A DNA stretch of 61,351 nt, the filler included. It is 10 parts of 10 records of this genome, joined end to end, with 100 filler letters (N's around TTAATTAATTAA, not from the genome) between each part and the next. Parts side by side here need not be neighbours in the genome. Positions count along the whole stretch, not along the records: positions 35,839 to 41,463 come from SRR31156797_80449; positions 41,564 to 48,154 come from SRR31156797_80497; 8 more parts are not named here. The stretch is one strand, 5' to 3'. Made by a program: the position numbers and the translations under genes. Position 1 is the first letter of the stretch. Each line of letters opens with the position of its first letter. The notes below the pieces were generated by a model. The model worked only from the letters and a program-made list of their open reading frames with translations. It did not search any database and was not told where the DNA came from. Positions 39,355-48,106 of the stretch are shown piece after piece.

Positions 39355-40631
39355 GTCTTGCCATTATGATGGTCAGCCTTTTCGCGCTGATCCTGTTAAG
39401 CGTTCCCATCGCCTATTCCCTGGGCGCGTCGGGGATTATCTATCTGCTCATCGAGCAGCCCGCTTTCATCTCGACCCTTCCCCAGAGGATCTGGTCGGGC
39501 ACCAACAGCTTCGTCATCATCGCCATGCCCCTGTTTATCCTGGCCGGAGAGCTGATGAACCGCGGCGGCCTGACCAAGCGTCTGATCAACTTCAGCCTTC
39601 TTACGGTCAAGCCCATACGCGGCGGCTTGGGCGAGGTAAACGTCGTGGCCAGCATGATCTTCGGGGGCATCTCCGGTTCCTCTGTCGCCGATACCTCGGC
39701 CCTGGGCTCGGTTCTGATCCCCAATATGATCAAGAAGGGCTACAGCAAGGGATTCGCCACGGGCATCACCGTCGCCTCTTCCACCATGGGAATGATCATT
39801 CCCCCCTCGGTGCCCATGCTGATGTACGCCATGATCTCGGGAGCCTCCGTGGGAAAGCTCTTTCTGGCCGGCCTCATCCCCGGCGTCCTGATCGGAGCCT
39901 CCCAGCTGATCCTGGTCTATGTCTATTCCGCTAAAAAGGGATACCATCCCCCCCGGCAGAAGATCAGCATGCACGAGATCACGACCACCACCAGAGACGG
40001 TCTTCTGGCCGTTCTGATGCCCCTGGTTATCGTTCTCTCCGTCTCCACGGGCGTGGCCACCGCCAGCGAATCCGCCGGTATCGCCGTGCTCTACTCCATG
40101 GTTCTGGGATTCTTCCTCTACAAGGAGCTTTCTGTAAAGGATCTGCCCGGCATCCTGAAAAAGACGGTTATGATGTCCGCCTCCATTATGATCATCGTGG
40201 GCTTCTCCATGATCTTCACATGGATACTGGCCATCGAGCAGATCCCCGCCATGGTGGCCAATTTCCTGATGAACCTGGAAGTGCACCGCTTCTGGATCCT
40301 GCTCTTCATCGACCTGCTGATCCTCTTTGTGGGAACCTTCGTGGACGTGACGCCCACCCTGCTGCTGCTCTGCCCGATCCTGATCCCCGTCATGCAGTAC
40401 TTCGGCGTCAGCGAGCTGCAGTTCGGCGCCATCATGATCACAGGATGCGCCATCGGCCTGGTCACCCCTCCCATCGGGATGTGTCTGAACGCGGCCACCA
40501 AGATCTGCGGCATGCCCATTACCAAGATATTTGAATCGGCTCTGCCTTTCATCATCTGTAATGTGATCGTTCTGATTCTGGTGACCTTCGTTCCCGAAGT
40601 CAGCACCTGGCTGCCTTCGCTGTTTATGTAA
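39351..40631 (+). CDS. dctM: TRAP large permease DctM
   Basis: A.PLFILAG.LM, GISGSSVAD, IIPPS, LFLAG..PG, TPPIG. Confidence 0.94.
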   Translation: MSLAIMMVSLFALILLSVPIAYSLGASGIIYLLIEQPAFISTLPQRIWSGTNSFVIIAMPLFILAGELMNRGGLTKRLINFSLLTVKPIRGGLGEVNVVASMIFGGISGSSVADTSALGSVLIPNMIKKGYSKGFATGITVASSTMGMIIPPSVPMLMYAMISGASVGKLFLAGLIPGVLIGASQLILVYVYSAKKGYHPPRQKISMHEITTTTRDGLLAVLMPLVIVLSVSTGVATASESAGIAVLYSMVLGFFLYKELSVKDLPGILKKTVMMSASIMIIVGFSMIFTWILAIEQIPAMVANFLMNLEVHRFWILLFIDLLILFVGTFVDVTPTLLLLCPILIPVMQYFGVSELQFGAIMITGCAIGLVTPPIGMCLNAATKICGMPITKIFESALPFIICNVIVLILVTFVPEVSTWLPSLFM

Positions 40632-40664
40632 TTTATTTAATTTAGAGAGATATAGGAGAATACT

Positions 40665-41456
40665 ATGTTTACTGAGAAGAGTTTTGACCTGAGCGGCAAG
40701 ATCGCCTGGGTAACAGGCGGTTCCTATGGTATCGGTTTCGCCATTGCCAAGGGGCTGGCCACATACGGCGCCAGGATCGCCTTCAACGACATCAACCAGG
40801 ATCTGGTGGATCAGGGAATGGCTTCCTACAAGGAGGCCGGTATCGAGGCCGTCGGATATGTCGCCGACGTGACCAGGGAAGATCAGATCGACGATCTGGT
40901 CAAGAAGATCGAAGGCGATATGGGACCCGTGGACATCCTGGTGAACAACGCCGGGATCATCAAGCGCATCCCCATGCACGAGATGAAGGCCGACGAGTTC
41001 CGCCAGGTGATCGATATCGACCTGAACGCCCCCTTTATCTGCGCCAAGGCCGTTCTTCCCTCCATGATGGAGAGAAAGCAGGGAAAGATCATCAATATCT
41101 GTTCCATGATGAGCGAGCTGGGACGGGAGACCGTGTCCGCCTACGCCGCGGCCAAGGGCGGGCTGAAGATGCTGACCCGCAACATCGCCAGCGAGTACGG
41201 CGAGTACAACATCCAGTGCAACGGAATCGGACCCGGATACATTGAGACTCCCCAGACCGCTCCCCTGCGGACGCCCGAGCACCCCTTCAACAAGTTCATC
41301 ATCTCCAAGACCCCCGCCGCCCGCTGGGGGCTGACCGATGACCTTATGGGACCCGCCGTCTTCCTGGCGTCCTCCGCATCCGACTTTATCAACGGTCACG
41401 TCCTCTATGTGGACGGAGGTATCCTCGCCTATATCGGTAAGAATCCGATCGGCTGA
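40665..41456 (+). CDS. Gluconate 5-dehydrogenase / KduD-like SDR
   Basis: TGGSYGIG, NNAGIIKR, INICSMMSELGRETVSAYAAAKGGLKMLT, NGIGPGY. Confidence 0.88.
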   Translation: MFTEKSFDLSGKIAWVTGGSYGIGFAIAKGLATYGARIAFNDINQDLVDQGMASYKEAGIEAVGYVADVTREDQIDDLVKKIEGDMGPVDILVNNAGIIKRIPMHEMKADEFRQVIDIDLNAPFICAKAVLPSMMERKQGKIINICSMMSELGRETVSAYAAAKGGLKMLTRNIASEYGEYNIQCNGIGPGYIETPQTAPLRTPEHPFNKFIISKTPAARWGLTDDLMGPAVFLASSASDFINGHVLYVDGGILAYIGKNPIG

Positions 41457-41463
41457 TACGGGA

Positions 41464-41563
41464 NNNNNNNNNNNNNNNNNNNNNNNNNNNNNNNNNNNNN
41501 NNNNNNNTTAATTAATTAANNNNNNNNNNNNNNNNNNNNNNNNNNNNNNNNNNNNNNNNNNNN
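41464..41563. other. Artificial contig linker
   Basis: N-run/TTAATTAATTAA/N-run. Confidence 0.99.
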
Positions 41564-42907
41564 ACAATTGAAAGTGCTGTATCAACCTATCAGAGGGAGA
41601 ATCAAAATCTAAAATCAAGAATCGGGATTGAATCAGTAAAAGAAAATGGAGAATGGATTTTTACTTCAAGACTCTATGGATATGAATGTGCTGGTACTAA
41701 AAGAAATCCAATCATCAACGTTATTGATTCAGAGGCTAAAGTTATAAAATATATTTATGATGAATACTGTAAAGGTGAATCAACAAATCAAATTGCGATA
41801 AACCTTAATAGACAAGGTCTTCGTACTCGAGATGGTCATAAATGGCTTCCGTCATGTATTCGGCGATATATTCTGAAGCCTATTTATATGGGCTATTATA
41901 AATTGACAGCAGTAGGTGATGGTGATGGTAGAAGGCAGGAAAATGTCACTTTTGAAAAGGAAAAACTTATAAAGAGTAAATACTATCAACCCATTATAGA
42001 TGAACAACAGTGGTGGGATTGTTACAATTCTTATAGAACACTTAAGCGATCCCATCAAAGACAATTCAAATACCGGTATTCACATTATGAATTATCCTCT
42101 GTTATACGATGTGCTCATTGTGGTTCTACTTATATTCATAGTTACTCGAAAGAAACAAGTAAGATTCACAGTTATTATACTGCTAATCATTGTAAAAAAG
42201 GATGTCCACAAAAAAGGAGAGGCTTTGTTGTCGATATTTTTGAACCTCTATTTCAGTATCTATATTGTTTATCATATCTTTGGCAAGAGGATGTTGAAGC
42301 TTATCTCAATAGTATTCAGTACGAGTTTAAAATTGATAATTCAGCCCTTTCAAATGAGGCCGATCGATTGAAATCAATGATCAAAGATGTCTCTGAAAAA
42401 ATTGAAAATCTATATATAGCTGTAGAGAGTGGTTTGAGTATTGAAAAAGTAATTCCTCGTATCCAGAATATGGAGAGAGATAAGGAAACAATGGAAGATA
42501 GACTTAGGGAATTGATGCTCAATCAAATATCACAAGAGGAGGAATTGGCATATATTGTTGAAGATTTTTCTGATGGATCAATAATGAGATTCATAAAAGG
42601 GAATACTGAATACCGACGTAATATGTATTTGCAAACTTTTGATGTCTTTTGTCGAGATGATCAAATTGAATTGGAATACATTACAGGTCTCAAAATTGTT
42701 ATTCCTATCTATAGAAACTCAAGATGGAATATGCAACGAAAATTTGAGTTGCAAATCTCTCGTGGTGATAAGTATTCTACAAATATACTTTATGATACTG
42801 AGAGTGATACATATTCTGTTCAAGAAACGAATATGCTTAAAAGAGAGATTCTCAATGTGCTCTTAAGAAATCTTAGTGAAAAAATTGATTTGGGAAAATC
42901 TGTTTAA
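41564..42907 (+). CDS. Large serine recombinase (integrase); 5' truncated
   Basis: Frame is open from the contig edge, 108 codons before the track ORF: YGY...EAKVIKYIYDEY..G.S..QIA..LN..G..T..G..W....I..ILKPIYMG (recombinase domain); LSSVIRCAHCGS Zn ribbon; coiled coil. Confidence 0.9.
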   Translation, partial: TIESAVSTYQRENQNLKSRIGIESVKENGEWIFTSRLYGYECAGTKRNPIINVIDSEAKVIKYIYDEYCKGESTNQIAINLNRQGLRTRDGHKWLPSCIRRYILKPIYMGYYKLTAVGDGDGRRQENVTFEKEKLIKSKYYQPIIDEQQWWDCYNSYRTLKRSHQRQFKYRYSHYELSSVIRCAHCGSTYIHSYSKETSKIHSYYTANHCKKGCPQKRRGFVVDIFEPLFQYLYCLSYLWQEDVEAYLNSIQYEFKIDNSALSNEADRLKSMIKDVSEKIENLYIAVESGLSIEKVIPRIQNMERDKETMEDRLRELMLNQISQEEELAYIVEDFSDGSIMRFIKGNTEYRRNMYLQTFDVFCRDDQIELEYITGLKIVIPIYRNSRWNMQRKFELQISRGDKYSTNILYDTESDTYSVQETNMLKREILNVLLRNLSEKIDLGKSV

Positions 42908-42976
42908 GAGCTTTGTTTGTGGAAATATTTCTATAATAGAAGTTGTCCTATTGTTAGGACTCCTATAATTCAAACT

Positions 42977-43129
42977 ATGAAAGACAGACCTAAGAGAAGT
43001 GAAATCCTGCATTCCATCAAAGTAGTCCGGCGGTGGAATGCTATGGCAAAATCAAGAATGAAGAAATCTGCAATAGTTGAGACTCAACGGATATTAGACA
43101 TTCTTGAGTATTATGAACAGCATGGATGA
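42977..43129 (+). CDS. Small basic hypothetical protein (50 aa)
   Basis: MKDRPKRSEILHSIKVVRRWNAMAKSRMKKSAIVETQRILDILEYYEQHG; TATAAT lies 7 nt upstream and there is no RBS. Confidence 0.4.
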   Translation: MKDRPKRSEILHSIKVVRRWNAMAKSRMKKSAIVETQRILDILEYYEQHG

Positions 43130-43156
43130 TATCTTGATCCACCCCATTCATCAGAG

Positions 43157-43236
43157 GATCATCCAGAATTCATCCATTGGGAAAAGGAGTAACCATACAT
43201 CCCTTAGCCATATCCGGTGAATTCTGGACAATCTAT
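43157..43236 (-). repeat. 80-bp hairpin repeat, copy 1
   Basis: Plus strand gatcatccagaattcatcc...gaaaaggagta...ccctt...tgaattctggacaatctat; abuts the radC stop codon. Confidence 0.92.
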
Positions 43237-43664
43237 TATCTTAAACAATCCCCATCTTCTTCCTTGAAACTGTAATAACCATTCTTCGAGATGATTACAT
43301 GATCCAAGAGGTTGATACCCATCAAATCACCAGCCTTAGTAATCCGTTTTGTTATATCAATATCTTCACGACTGGGATCAAGATTTCCAGAAGGATGATT
43401 ATGTGCGATGAGAATTGAACATGCATTGTCTTTCAAGGCAGGTCTGAAGATTTCACGGGGATGGATGATTGCACGGTTGAGAATACCGATGGTCACAATA
43501 TGAATCTTGATGACATGGTGAGCACCATCCAATGTTAGAACGAGGAAGTATTCAGTCCTCTTCCTGTCATACCTGAAATTCTTCAAAAGCTCATAAGCAT
43601 CACCTGGCATTTTTATTGAATAATCCTCTTTGCTTGTTCTCTCGCTGATAATGTGGTACTTCAT
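43236..43664 (-). CDS. radC: RadC-like JAB/MPN domain protein (short mobile-element type)
   Basis: E.F.VL.LD, G.LN...HPREIF, AHNHPSG...PS.ED, LLDHVII; RBS AGGAG. Confidence 0.92.
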   Translation of the reverse strand: MKYHIISERTSKEDYSIKMPGDAYELLKNFRYDRKRTEYFLVLTLDGAHHVIKIHIVTIGILNRAIIHPREIFRPALKDNACSILIAHNHPSGNLDPSREDIDITKRITKAGDLMGINLLDHVIISKNGYYSFKEEDGDCLR

Positions 43665-43744
43665 CTCTGCTCCTATCAGATGAAATCCTATCGTGGAAAG
43701 AGGAGAATGAGAGCGGGGATAAAACTCATTTAGGATTGAGCGAT

Positions 43745-43824
43745 GATCATCCAGAATTCATCCGGTGTGAAAAGGAGTATAAGTTTACCCCTTGCATCCA
43801 ACAGATGAATTCTGGACAATCTAT
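43745..43824 (-). repeat. 80-bp hairpin repeat, copy 2
   Basis: Same length as copy 1, ungapped, 61/80 identical by manual count; abuts the stop of 43824-44027. Confidence 0.92.
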
Positions 43825-44027
43825 CAGCGATTGAAGAATTGAGGCACTGCTTTGGTCAAAACCTCAACATCTGCACCTTCCGCCCAATCCAAGAAAATTT
43901 CAGCCATCTGAAGAGTACATACTGTGTAATCCTTAGCTGGTAGATGGCAGAAATCACCATATCCTTTCAAAATATCATTCGCCACCTGTAATGCGATGAT
44001 GCGATCAGAACCGTTACAATCGAACAT
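43824..44027 (-). CDS. Small hypothetical protein (67 aa)
   Basis: ATG after CAGGAGG: MFDCNGSDRIIALQVANDILKGYGDFCHLPAKDYTVCTLQMAEIFLDWAEGADVEVLTKAVPQFFNR. Confidence 0.7.
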   Translation of the reverse strand: MFDCNGSDRIIALQVANDILKGYGDFCHLPAKDYTVCTLQMAEIFLDWAEGADVEVLTKAVPQFFNR

Positions 44028-44139
44028 AAAGTCCTCCTGCATCTTATTACTGGCGGGATTGAGCTGGTGCTTCAATTCTCTGTTCAATTTTTTCTCATAT
44101 GGAATAAGAAGTGATATAAAAAAATATGAGATGTTTTTC

Positions 44140-44730
44140 CTAATCCTTTAAATCTTCTTTATCAACTCCATAAAATCCCTCAGCAATCAAATGGCTACTG
44201 TTATAGCCTTTACTTCGCATAAACCACATAATCAATGAATACAAATCTTCAGATTCTTCAATGGTGAGTTGATCCATAAGGTAGGAGATTTTCTTTCTCG
44301 TATATTTCTGTTTATTGACAATTTTACCACCATGGCTTTCTAACATAATAAAGTTAGGTACTGTTTCATTTAGAAAGTTATTAAGATTAGGATTATCCTT
44401 GAGATCTCCTAAAAGGTATCGAGCATTTTCGTGGTTCAAAACTCTATTTTCTGTATCCTCACAATTCCTATCTAGAATATTATCAAGGTATGCAATTACA
44501 GCTTCTGGATAAGGTTGGTTGTTAAAGAAATAGGATAGATCGACTTTTATCGCATTAGCGATATCTATCAGCTTCTGTACAAACATTTTATGCTTTCCAT
44601 TCTCAAGCTTGGAAACTGAAGACTTGACCATTCCGAAAAGTTGTCCGAATTCTTCTCTATTCATTCCTAGAAACTCACGAGCTTCATTTATCTTACTTAC
44701 AATTTTATCCTCAAAATTTACTTCTTCCAT
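44140..44730 (-). CDS. XRE/Cro-CI family HTH repressor
   Basis: I..AR...GM.REEFG.LFGM.KSSVSKLENG....L..IA.A..V.L.YF; divergent from the rightward operon. Confidence 0.85.
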   Translation of the reverse strand: MEEVNFEDKIVSKINEAREFLGMNREEFGQLFGMVKSSVSKLENGKHKMFVQKLIDIANAIKVDLSYFFNNQPYPEAVIAYLDNILDRNCEDTENRVLNHENARYLLGDLKDNPNLNNFLNETVPNFIMLESHGGKIVNKQKYTRKKISYLMDQLTIEESEDLYSLIMWFMRSKGYNSSHLIAEGFYGVDKEDLKD

Positions 44731-44771
44731 ACCTCTGATTATATACGGTTATCGCGTTTACGTACACTCGA

Positions 44772-44861
44772 AGTTTCAACAAAAGTCAATAAAATCACTT
44801 TTTATACTTGACAGTTTCTACAAAGGTGAATATATTGACTATAGTTTCATGAAAAGTGCCT
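44772..44861. promoter_or_regulatory. Divergent switch region: sigma70 promoter with three operator-like repeats
   Basis: TTGACA (44808)-17 nt-TATATT (44831); AGTTTCnnnAAARGT at 44772, 44813 and 44843. Confidence 0.7.
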
Positions 44862-44902
44862 AAAGAGACTAAATGAGAAACTACCGAGGAGGTAAGCAAA
44901 CT

Positions 44903-45355
44903 ATGTCTAAATTATTTCCGCCGATGGCTTTGAACCTGGATAGGGAGATTAAGCCGGATTGGAACCGTCATCAGGCTATCAAAAACCTGAGAGGATCTTA
45001 TCTTTGTTACAAGACAGTTACTGATGAAATGTATGACGAGTTGTGGGTTGCTAAACAGGCAATCACAAAGCATGGGAAAAGAAAAGCTGGAATGGTCGCA
45101 AACGGTGAACAGTCATGGTCAGCATTTCTGAAGGAATGTTATGGCAACTCTGTCAGTAAGAGAACAATTGATAACTACCTGAAGAGGTATGAAGAGAATG
45201 GTTGTTCGAAGCCCACTGGACCCCTGACTCTTAAAGTCGTTGCAGAAGATCCCAGACTGGAGATTCTTAATGTGAAGGCTGTTGAGAACCATATCAACTT
45301 TGATATCAGTCTGCCTGAGTTTGATAAGACCTATTCACAGAGAATAGTCGCGTAA
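44903..45355 (+). CDS. Hypothetical DUF3102-like protein, paralog A
   Basis: RBS GGAGGT; ELWVAKQ..HG...W..FLKE..G.S.RT...Y motif. Confidence 0.65.
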   Translation: MSKLFPPMALNLDREIKPDWNRHQAIKNLRGSYLCYKTVTDEMYDELWVAKQAITKHGKRKAGMVANGEQSWSAFLKECYGNSVSKRTIDNYLKRYEENGCSKPTGPLTLKVVAEDPRLEILNVKAVENHINFDISLPEFDKTYSQRIVA

Positions 45356-45406
45356 TGATTATTATCCCTCTTCCGTACTGCGGAAGAGGGGGCATAGGAG
45401 GAACAT

Positions 45407-45856
45407 ATGGATGCAATGAAAAAAATGGGTAATCGGAACATCCTGCACTGGGACTGGGATGAAAGTGTAAACAGAATTCGGAATCTCTATGGAAAGTACA
45501 GGAACTCCCCTGAGCTCATGAATGAGCTGTATCAGGCCAAGAACCAGATTTGTAATGGGCCTGGTAATCCCCATGGAAAATTTACTTGGAAAGATTTTGT
45601 GGAACAGACGTTTGGCAAATATCCTACCTTGCGTACTGTTGATACCTGGCTCAGAAAATATGAGATCGGATCTGAGGCTTATGCGGTTGAGCAGAACACG
45701 AAGAAAAACATATCTCTGAATCAGGGACCGCAGCTTGTAGAGGATATGGAGTTGTTCATATCCAAGAGCATGAAGAATAGCGATGGTTCTTATACCGTCC
45801 GCATCGAGGTATCGGAATATCCCGGTACGGTTTTCGAAGAGTCAATATCTGCATAA
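45407..45856 (+). CDS. Hypothetical DUF3102-like protein, paralog B
   Basis: RBS AGGAGG; ELYQAKN..HG..TW..FVE..FG...RT...W; aligns with paralog A. Confidence 0.65.
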   Translation: MDAMKKMGNRNILHWDWDESVNRIRNLYGKYRNSPELMNELYQAKNQICNGPGNPHGKFTWKDFVEQTFGKYPTLRTVDTWLRKYEIGSEAYAVEQNTKKNISLNQGPQLVEDMELFISKSMKNSDGSYTVRIEVSEYPGTVFEESISA

Positions 45857-45867
45857 AGGAGTTTGAG

Positions 45868-47751
45868 ATGACAGAAAGAAACTTTAGTTACGCTACTTTT
45901 TTTAGTGGGCTCGGCGGGAGTGCTTGTGGACTCTCGATGGCTGGGGGGCATGGTCTTATGGCCTTGGACCTTGAAGATAATTCCATTGAACATTTGAAAC
46001 TGAACTTCCCTGAACTGGAGAAGATGGGAGCTATTCTTCAGGAAGACATTCGTAAGGTATCTGCGGAAGAAATGCTCAAGATTATGGGGATCAAACCTGG
46101 TGACCTCTTTCTGTACCAGGCGTCGGCACCCTGTCAGACATTCTCTATGTCCAATACGACAGGTGGAGAGGATGTCGAAAAGGATGAGCTTTTTCTGAAG
46201 TGCATTCAGGATGTCTCTGTAATAAGACCTTCTGTGGTCTGTTTCGAGAACGTGCCAGGCATGATGAAGAAAAAAAGCAAGCGGAAGTACTTGTATACCT
46301 TCATCAATGAGCTGAGAAGAGTGGGGTATAGGACGAACGGTTTTATCCTCAAAGCCTCTGGATATGGGGCTGTTCAAACGAGACCGCGGCTGTGGATCCT
46401 TGGGATCAGGGAGGATCTCGGAGTAGATCCCTCTGTACCGCCTTATATTGATAAGGTCGTTGGACTCAGCGATATTTTTCCCTACCTTAATGGTCATCAG
46501 CTTGATGAGTGGGATCGTGACTTTATTCCTGGAAATGCGCCTTTCTCCACTTTGAAGACGACACCTGGGATGAAAGTCGTAGAATGCGGGATACCACGGC
46601 TTCCCATTATCGAGGAGCTTAGACAGATCTCATCGTTTCCTGCGTCATATCAGTTCACAGGAACCTATAACCAGATTCACGCCAGGCTTGGTAATGCGGT
46701 GTTGCCTTTGCAGATGAAGGTCTTGGCAGAGCACCTCTATGACCAGGTCATGGGCACAGTGTCTCATAAGGACAATGAACCCCTCAGCAATGAAATCTGT
46801 GAGGAGGTCTCAACTGTAGAAGAAGGTGTAGTTGAAGAGGCTCTGAATACGGAGGATCTTCGTCATTCAACGGATGATGATCCCAGTAGGTTCACTCTGA
46901 GCAGTATAGAAGATCTTCTTGCATTGACATCCATGATGGATGAGGAGAAGGAAACATTCCTCAAGACCGGGTATGACTGTATTAACCGGCTGACTAAGGG
47001 TGCTAACGCTCACCAGTCAGGAGGCTGGAGACCTGAGTCTCTTTATACTGTGATGGGACCCAGCGGGTATGGAAAATCCATATTCCTGGCTAATTTCGCA
47101 AGGGACTCCTGGGCTGAGGGGCTGAATGTACTCTACATTTCGACTGAGATGGGCCATGTTCAGACCTATGAGCGGATTCTCAAGTCCTACTTCGAGGTTG
47201 ATTCAACGAAAGATCTTGCTGCTGCCGCTCAGCAGAAAGAGTTGCCTACAGGCAAGATTGAGATCAGGAAGGTTATGCCCAATGCGACATCCTGTACAGA
47301 CATACAGGCCATTATCAACGGTCTTTCTTGGAAACCTGATGTCATGTACATCGACTATGCCGATGAGCTGATTCCTGAGAGCAAGAATAATAGTCTCTAT
47401 GCGGCTCAGGGAGAGGTCTATACGGGTCTGAAGACATTGGCTGAAGAGAACCATCTTCCCGTCATCACAGCAACCCAGACGAACCGTGTGGCCGAGGATT
47501 CCAAGAAAGGTGGAACCAAGAAGTGGGTAGGTATGAGTGCTGTGGCTGACAGTTCTAAAAAAATCCGGCTGGTGGATATGCTTCTTTCCATAACCCAGAG
47601 CGTAGAAGATAAGCAGAATAGCATTCTGAACCTTCAGGTTGTCAAGAACAGGTACGGTGAGAGCAAGGTGACAATCCCCTTCAGGATTGATTACCAGAAG
47701 ATGCTATTGGAAGAGATTCTGGACGAAGAGTCGGCACAGAGTGCCGCTTAA
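45868..47751 (+). CDS. Fusion of a C5-cytosine DNA methyltransferase and an SF4 (DnaB/gp41-like) helicase
   Basis: MTase motifs FSGLGG, APCQ, ENVPG, QTRPR, SFP, GNAV; acidic linker; helicase GPSGYGKS, YISTEM, IDYAD, TATQTNR, KNRYG; one continuous 627-aa frame. Confidence 0.88.
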   Translation: MTERNFSYATFFSGLGGSACGLSMAGGHGLMALDLEDNSIEHLKLNFPELEKMGAILQEDIRKVSAEEMLKIMGIKPGDLFLYQASAPCQTFSMSNTTGGEDVEKDELFLKCIQDVSVIRPSVVCFENVPGMMKKKSKRKYLYTFINELRRVGYRTNGFILKASGYGAVQTRPRLWILGIREDLGVDPSVPPYIDKVVGLSDIFPYLNGHQLDEWDRDFIPGNAPFSTLKTTPGMKVVECGIPRLPIIEELRQISSFPASYQFTGTYNQIHARLGNAVLPLQMKVLAEHLYDQVMGTVSHKDNEPLSNEICEEVSTVEEGVVEEALNTEDLRHSTDDDPSRFTLSSIEDLLALTSMMDEEKETFLKTGYDCINRLTKGANAHQSGGWRPESLYTVMGPSGYGKSIFLANFARDSWAEGLNVLYISTEMGHVQTYERILKSYFEVDSTKDLAAAAQQKELPTGKIEIRKVMPNATSCTDIQAIINGLSWKPDVMYIDYADELIPESKNNSLYAAQGEVYTGLKTLAEENHLPVITATQTNRVAEDSKKGGTKKWVGMSAVADSSKKIRLVDMLLSITQSVEDKQNSILNLQVVKNRYGESKVTIPFRIDYQKMLLEEILDEESAQSAA

Positions 47752-47803
47752 TCGATCTGCTTGTCTGAAACGGTAATCCCCTTCGGGGGGAATGGAGGTA
47801 TTT

Positions 47804-48106
47804 ATGAAGATGTTAACTAAAGCAATTTTGAAAAGTTTTGAGACTACCGGTTCACAAGAGAATGTGATGAATGTTGCTGATTTGAAAGTACATGTGAAGT
47901 ATTTCCATCCTGTACTTGGATGGGAGTGGTATGGAATCAAATATTATCCTGAATATGGTCTGTTTTGGGGTCTTGTAATCGGTATGGAACGTGAATATGG
48001 AGATTTCACTTTAGAGCAGCTGGAACAGTTTTATGTCGCAGGTTTGAAACCTGAAAGAGACATGATGTTCAAGCCATCTACTCTCGGGGAATTGGGATTG
48101 GTGTAA
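47804..48106 (+). CDS. DUF2958 family protein
   Basis: VKYFHP...WEWY......LFWGLV.G.E.EYG.F.L..L......ERD..F.P; RBS GGAGGT. Confidence 0.8.
   Translation: MKMLTKAILKSFETTGSQENVMNVADLKVHVKYFHPVLGWEWYGIKYYPEYGLFWGLVIGMEREYGDFTLEQLEQFYVAGLKPERDMMFKPSTLGELGLV

Noticed and set aside
39396-41399. 667-aa minus-strand ORF
   Set aside because: Antisense shadow of dctM and the SDR gene.
43157-43824. The 80-bp repeats as a CRISPR array or canonical attC sites
   Set aside because: Only two copies, too long, separated by a whole gene, no cas genes, and no AAC/GTT core boxes. Kept as a finding of unknown class.
45790-46497. 235-aa minus-strand ORF overlapping the methyltransferase
   Set aside because: Antisense to a motif-complete MTase domain, with no recognisable features.
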